In this document: positions 60,847-64,000 of the stretch, one piece after another
Numbering within the stretch: position 1 is the stretch's first letter
Layout: the number at the start of each line of letters is the position of its first letter
Assembly (NCBI GenBank): GCA_945861645.1
Contig: CAMAVZ010000008.1
Location: 1 to 64,000, forward strand
From: Opitutus sp. GAS368
GTDB lineage: Bacteria; Verrucomicrobiota; Verrucomicrobiia; Opitutales; Opitutaceae
Length of the DNA: 64,000 nucleotides
Reading direction: 5' to 3'
Translations under genes and position numbers: made by a program
The notes under the pieces: generated by a model
The model's database searches: none
Told to the model about the DNA's origin: nothing
Seen by the model: only the letters and a program-made list of their open reading frames with translations

Positions 60847-63039
60847 TTAACGCAGAAAAGCTTCGTGGAGGCCACCGTCAACGGGGAGAATTTGTCCCGT
60901 GGTTTTGCTCAGCCGTGACGAGACGAGGAGGAAGTAGGCCTCCGCTTGGTCGGCGGGCGTGATCGGCGATTGCGTCAGCGTACGATCCGCATAGAATTGC
61001 GCGAGTTTGGTGACGAGCGATTCCGTGGCTTCACTTTCTTGATACGGAATATTATATTTCGCCAGCGAACCGATCACGCGGTCGCGAGGGAACATGGCAC
61101 TCCCCTGCACCACGGTGGCCGGCGCCACGCCGTTGACGCGCACCAGCGGGGCGAGTTCTAACGCGAGTTCGCGCACCAAGTGGTTAGCGGCCGCCTTGGA
61201 GGTATCATAGGCCAAGGAACCTTTTTTCGCGACCGCGGCATTGGCCGAAGTTGTCAGCACGAGGTTACCGCGGAGCCCTTGTTCTTTCCAGGTCTTAAAC
61301 GCTTCATCGCCGACGATGTAGCTACCCGTAACGTTCACGCCGAAGGTGAAGGCCCATTTGTCATCCGGGATGTGGCCCGTGGTATCGCTCGGCCAGAACA
61401 CGCCGGCGGTGACGCAGATGGAATCAAAACCGCCGTACGCTAAGGCGACCTCATCGAGCATGGCGCGAACGCTGGCCCGATCGATGACGTTGGCGGCGAG
61501 ACCGAGGGCTGGGCCGCAGGACGATAAGCCGCTGCCGGCGACGCCGATGCCCATGCCGTATTGGTCGGTGATTTCTTTGGCCGTCGCTTGGGCAGTCTCG
61601 AGCTTGAGATCGACGCACACAATTTGCGCGCCGTCTTTCGCGAGGCGATGCGCGGTTTCTTTGCCGATGCCGGAGCCCGCGCCGATGACGAGGATCACCT
61701 GCCGCGCGAGTTCCTTCTCGGCGGGCATGCGCTTCAATTTGGCTTCTTCGAGCAACCAATATTCGATATCGAAGGCCTCCTGCTGCGGCAGGGCGATGTA
61801 AGTATCGATCGCTTCGGCCCCGCGCATCACTTCCACGGCGCAGTTATAAAATTCTGCGGTCACCCGCGATTCTGATTTATCTTTGCCCCAAGCAATCAGG
61901 CCGAGACCGGGGATGAGCACGACGGTCGGATTGGGGTCGCGCATGGCCGGCGAGTTGGCGTGCTTACATTTGGCATAGTAAGCCGCGTAATCCTGGCGAT
62001 AGGCTTGTAAACGGGCCGTAAGTTTTTGCTGCAAGGCGGCGCCGTCCTCCGTCTGGGGATTCCAATCCACGTAGAGCGGTTTAATTTTTGTACGCAGGAA
62101 ATGATCCGGGCAACTCGTGCCGAGTTCCGCTAACCGAGCGGCGTCGCGGGAATTCACAAAGCGCAAGATCTTCTCGTCGTCCTGCACCGTCCCGATGAAG
62201 CGCTTCTGCTGCGAAATTTGTCCGCGCAGCCACGGTAAAATTGCCGCAAACGCCGCACGGCGTTTCGATGCTTCGAGGGTGGTATATTTCTGGCCACCGA
62301 AGACGGTCGCATCCCCGCCCTTCGCGGCATACTTGGCCTCGATGAAAGCCGAGGCGCGCTCGATGCAATCGAGGGTGTAAATATAACAAGCCTTCTCCGC
62401 ATCATCCCACGAGATGAAGCCGTGTTGGCCCATCATGATGGATTTAACTTTCGGATTTTTACGCACGATTTCCTGCATGGCCAAGCCGAGTTCAAAGCCG
62501 GGCCGCATCCACGGCACATAGGCCATTTCGCCGCCGAAAATCTGCTGGGTTAATTTTTCGCAATTCGCCGAAGCCGCGATCGAGATAATCGCATTGGGGT
62601 GCATGTGATCGACATGCTGACTCGGGATAAAAGCGTGCAGCGGGGTATCGATCGAAGACGGCCGAGGATTTAAGTTAAACGTGGTATGATTATACATCCC
62701 CACCATGTCATCTTCCGCGGGGGTTTTAAGGCCCTTCTTCGGTTGCGCGGCGTAGAGGGGTTGGAGGTCCATCAACTTTTGCTGATACAACGAGGAGAAA
62801 TTTTCGCGGGTGCTGGTGCGGAGGTCACCCCCGGAGCCTTTGACCCACAGCACGGCGGTGGGCTGGCCGGAGAGCGGGTCTTTGTCGGTCAATTTGGCCG
62901 AGGTATTGCCCCCGCCGGTATTGGTGATCCGCTGATCGCGGCCCAAAAGGTTAGAGCGGTAGATCAAGCGACCGACCGGATCGAGCGATGCGGCGTGCGC
63001 ATCATCCCAAAGATAATTGACGAATTGGTAGGTAGGCAT
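60847..63039 (-). CDS. Bifunctional rhamnulose-1-phosphate aldolase/short-chain dehydrogenase (RhaEW type)
   Basis: GGGNTS, HVDHMHP, SCPDHFLRTK, EYWLLEEAKL; SDR GAGSGIG and YDTSK. Confidence 0.92.
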   Translation of the reverse strand: MPTYQFVNYLWDDAHAASLDPVGRLIYRSNLLGRDQRITNTGGGNTSAKLTDKDPLSGQPTAVLWVKGSGGDLRTSTRENFSSLYQQKLMDLQPLYAAQPKKGLKTPAEDDMVGMYNHTTFNLNPRPSSIDTPLHAFIPSQHVDHMHPNAIISIAASANCEKLTQQIFGGEMAYVPWMRPGFELGLAMQEIVRKNPKVKSIMMGQHGFISWDDAEKACYIYTLDCIERASAFIEAKYAAKGGDATVFGGQKYTTLEASKRRAAFAAILPWLRGQISQQKRFIGTVQDDEKILRFVNSRDAARLAELGTSCPDHFLRTKIKPLYVDWNPQTEDGAALQQKLTARLQAYRQDYAAYYAKCKHANSPAMRDPNPTVVLIPGLGLIAWGKDKSESRVTAEFYNCAVEVMRGAEAIDTYIALPQQEAFDIEYWLLEEAKLKRMPAEKELARQVILVIGAGSGIGKETAHRLAKDGAQIVCVDLKLETAQATAKEITDQYGMGIGVAGSGLSSCGPALGLAANVIDRASVRAMLDEVALAYGGFDSICVTAGVFWPSDTTGHIPDDKWAFTFGVNVTGSYIVGDEAFKTWKEQGLRGNLVLTTSANAAVAKKGSLAYDTSKAAANHLVRELALELAPLVRVNGVAPATVVQGSAMFPRDRVIGSLAKYNIPYQESEATESLVTKLAQFYADRTLTQSPITPADQAEAYFLLVSSRLSKTTGQILPVDGGLHEAFLR

Positions 63040-63057
63040 GGTAGTAAATTTTTTAAG

Positions 63058-63828
63058 TTAACGCAGCCCGAGCATTTTTTCGCGGTAAAGTTCATCGGGA
63101 CGACCGGCGATCCGGGCGGCCACGGCGGCGGAAAGGAATCGAGGGGAACCGAGGGCTTGCGCGCCCGTATAAATTTCGGCGGCCTTCACCGCCATCAACG
63201 TCGTCGCCAGCACCGCTGCCGGTGTGGCGCCCAGCGCAATCAAACCGTGATTCTCGAGCAGGATAGCCCGAGGCGGCCGCGCTAAACGCTTGATGTAAGC
63301 GAGGACGGCGCGCCGAATCGCCTGCGCCAATTTCAGGCCCGGATCGACGTAGGGCACGAGGACGAATTCCGCCCCGCAGCAAACGATCTCATCGGGACAC
63401 AAGCGCCGCGTGGCAAAAGTCCGCGCGTGCGAAGTGCACAAAATTTTATTCACCATCACCGGATGGGTGTGGCCCACGAAATTAACGCCCGGCAAGGTCA
63501 GCAACCACGCGTGAAACATCGCTTCGACCGAAGGCTTTTTCGCGGACGGATCAACGCGGGCGGCGAGGAGCGCGCTATCGACCGCGGTATCAGAAATTTT
63601 CCGCACCTCCAACAGCGCGACCAACTCCGCCAGCCTGCACGCGGTGAGACCCGCCGCGGTGAGCGTGCCGAGATGCGAGCCGCTGGCCTTGACCACAAAG
63701 GTATCAGCCGAGAGACGGGCGGACGTGTTACCTTCGCCTAAAATAGCGAGGGCCCGATCCTCGCGACCCAATTGGTGCGAGAGATCGAGTAGCTGCTTGG
63801 TTAAATCAGAGGAAGTAGATTTTTTCAC
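63058..63828 (-). CDS. Class II aldolase/adducin family protein
   Basis: GEGNTS, KASG, PSVEAMFH, GHTHP, LENHG. Confidence 0.88.
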   Translation of the reverse strand: MKKSTSSDLTKQLLDLSHQLGREDRALAILGEGNTSARLSADTFVVKASGSHLGTLTAAGLTACRLAELVALLEVRKISDTAVDSALLAARVDPSAKKPSVEAMFHAWLLTLPGVNFVGHTHPVMVNKILCTSHARTFATRRLCPDEIVCCGAEFVLVPYVDPGLKLAQAIRRAVLAYIKRLARPPRAILLENHGLIALGATPAAVLATTLMAVKAAEIYTGAQALGSPRFLSAAVAARIAGRPDELYREKMLGLR

Positions 63829-63834
63829 AGAATA

Positions 63835-64000
63835 TTAAGCCTGGAGATATTTATTAGCCGGCAGCCGGATGCCAGCCGCGACTAACTGAGAGGTGGAAGC
63901 ATCGGTGATGAGAGCTGAGAGTTGGCGCCAAGTGGCGACGCGGTGCGGCGTGGCGCGACCGAGCTTGGAGGCATCGAGACAAAAGCAAACTCGCTGGGCC
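63835..64000 (-). CDS. DeoR/GlpR-family regulator, C-terminal part (truncated by window edge)
   Basis: Manual translation AQRVCFCLDASKLGR...LITDA...* matches the DeoR C-terminal pattern; heads the rha cluster. Confidence 0.7.
   Translation of the reverse strand, partial: AQRVCFCLDASKLGRATPHRVATWRQLSALITDASTSQLVAAGIRLPANKYLQA

Overview
Core-chromosome segment of a GC-rich bacterium. Gene content and protein style point to Verrucomicrobiota, probably Opitutales (inference from the DUF5069 and DUF2851 proteins, long-form IspG and Pro/Lys-rich RpoD and IF-2 N-termini). Most of the window is housekeeping: ndk, photolyase, glgA, rnr, rpmG, dnaG-rpoD-tatA, mreBCD-mrdA, MoxR-DUF58-transglutaminase, uppS-cdsA-dxr-rseP-ispG, dnaA, ligA, nusA-infB-rbfA-nrnA-truB-ribF, mqo and an L-rhamnose cluster, plus five tRNAs and a likely 6S RNA. 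The most notable elements are: (1) a complete green-type DTE proteorhodopsin-crtE-crtI-crtB-crtY-blh cassette at the 3' end of tRNA-Asp, preceded by two overlapping small membrane-protein genes (one missed by the ORF track) and split by a strong internal terminator; (2) a PTS EIIA domain with intact phospho-His motif fused to a DacZ-type diadenylate cyclase, directly behind an orphan nuoA; (3) a rimP-leader-like attenuator in front of nusA with no rimP; (4) a deleted and frameshifted molybdo-oxidoreductase remnant. No CRISPR array, integrase, transposase or rRNA was seen. All calls were made by eye from motifs; no database searches were run.
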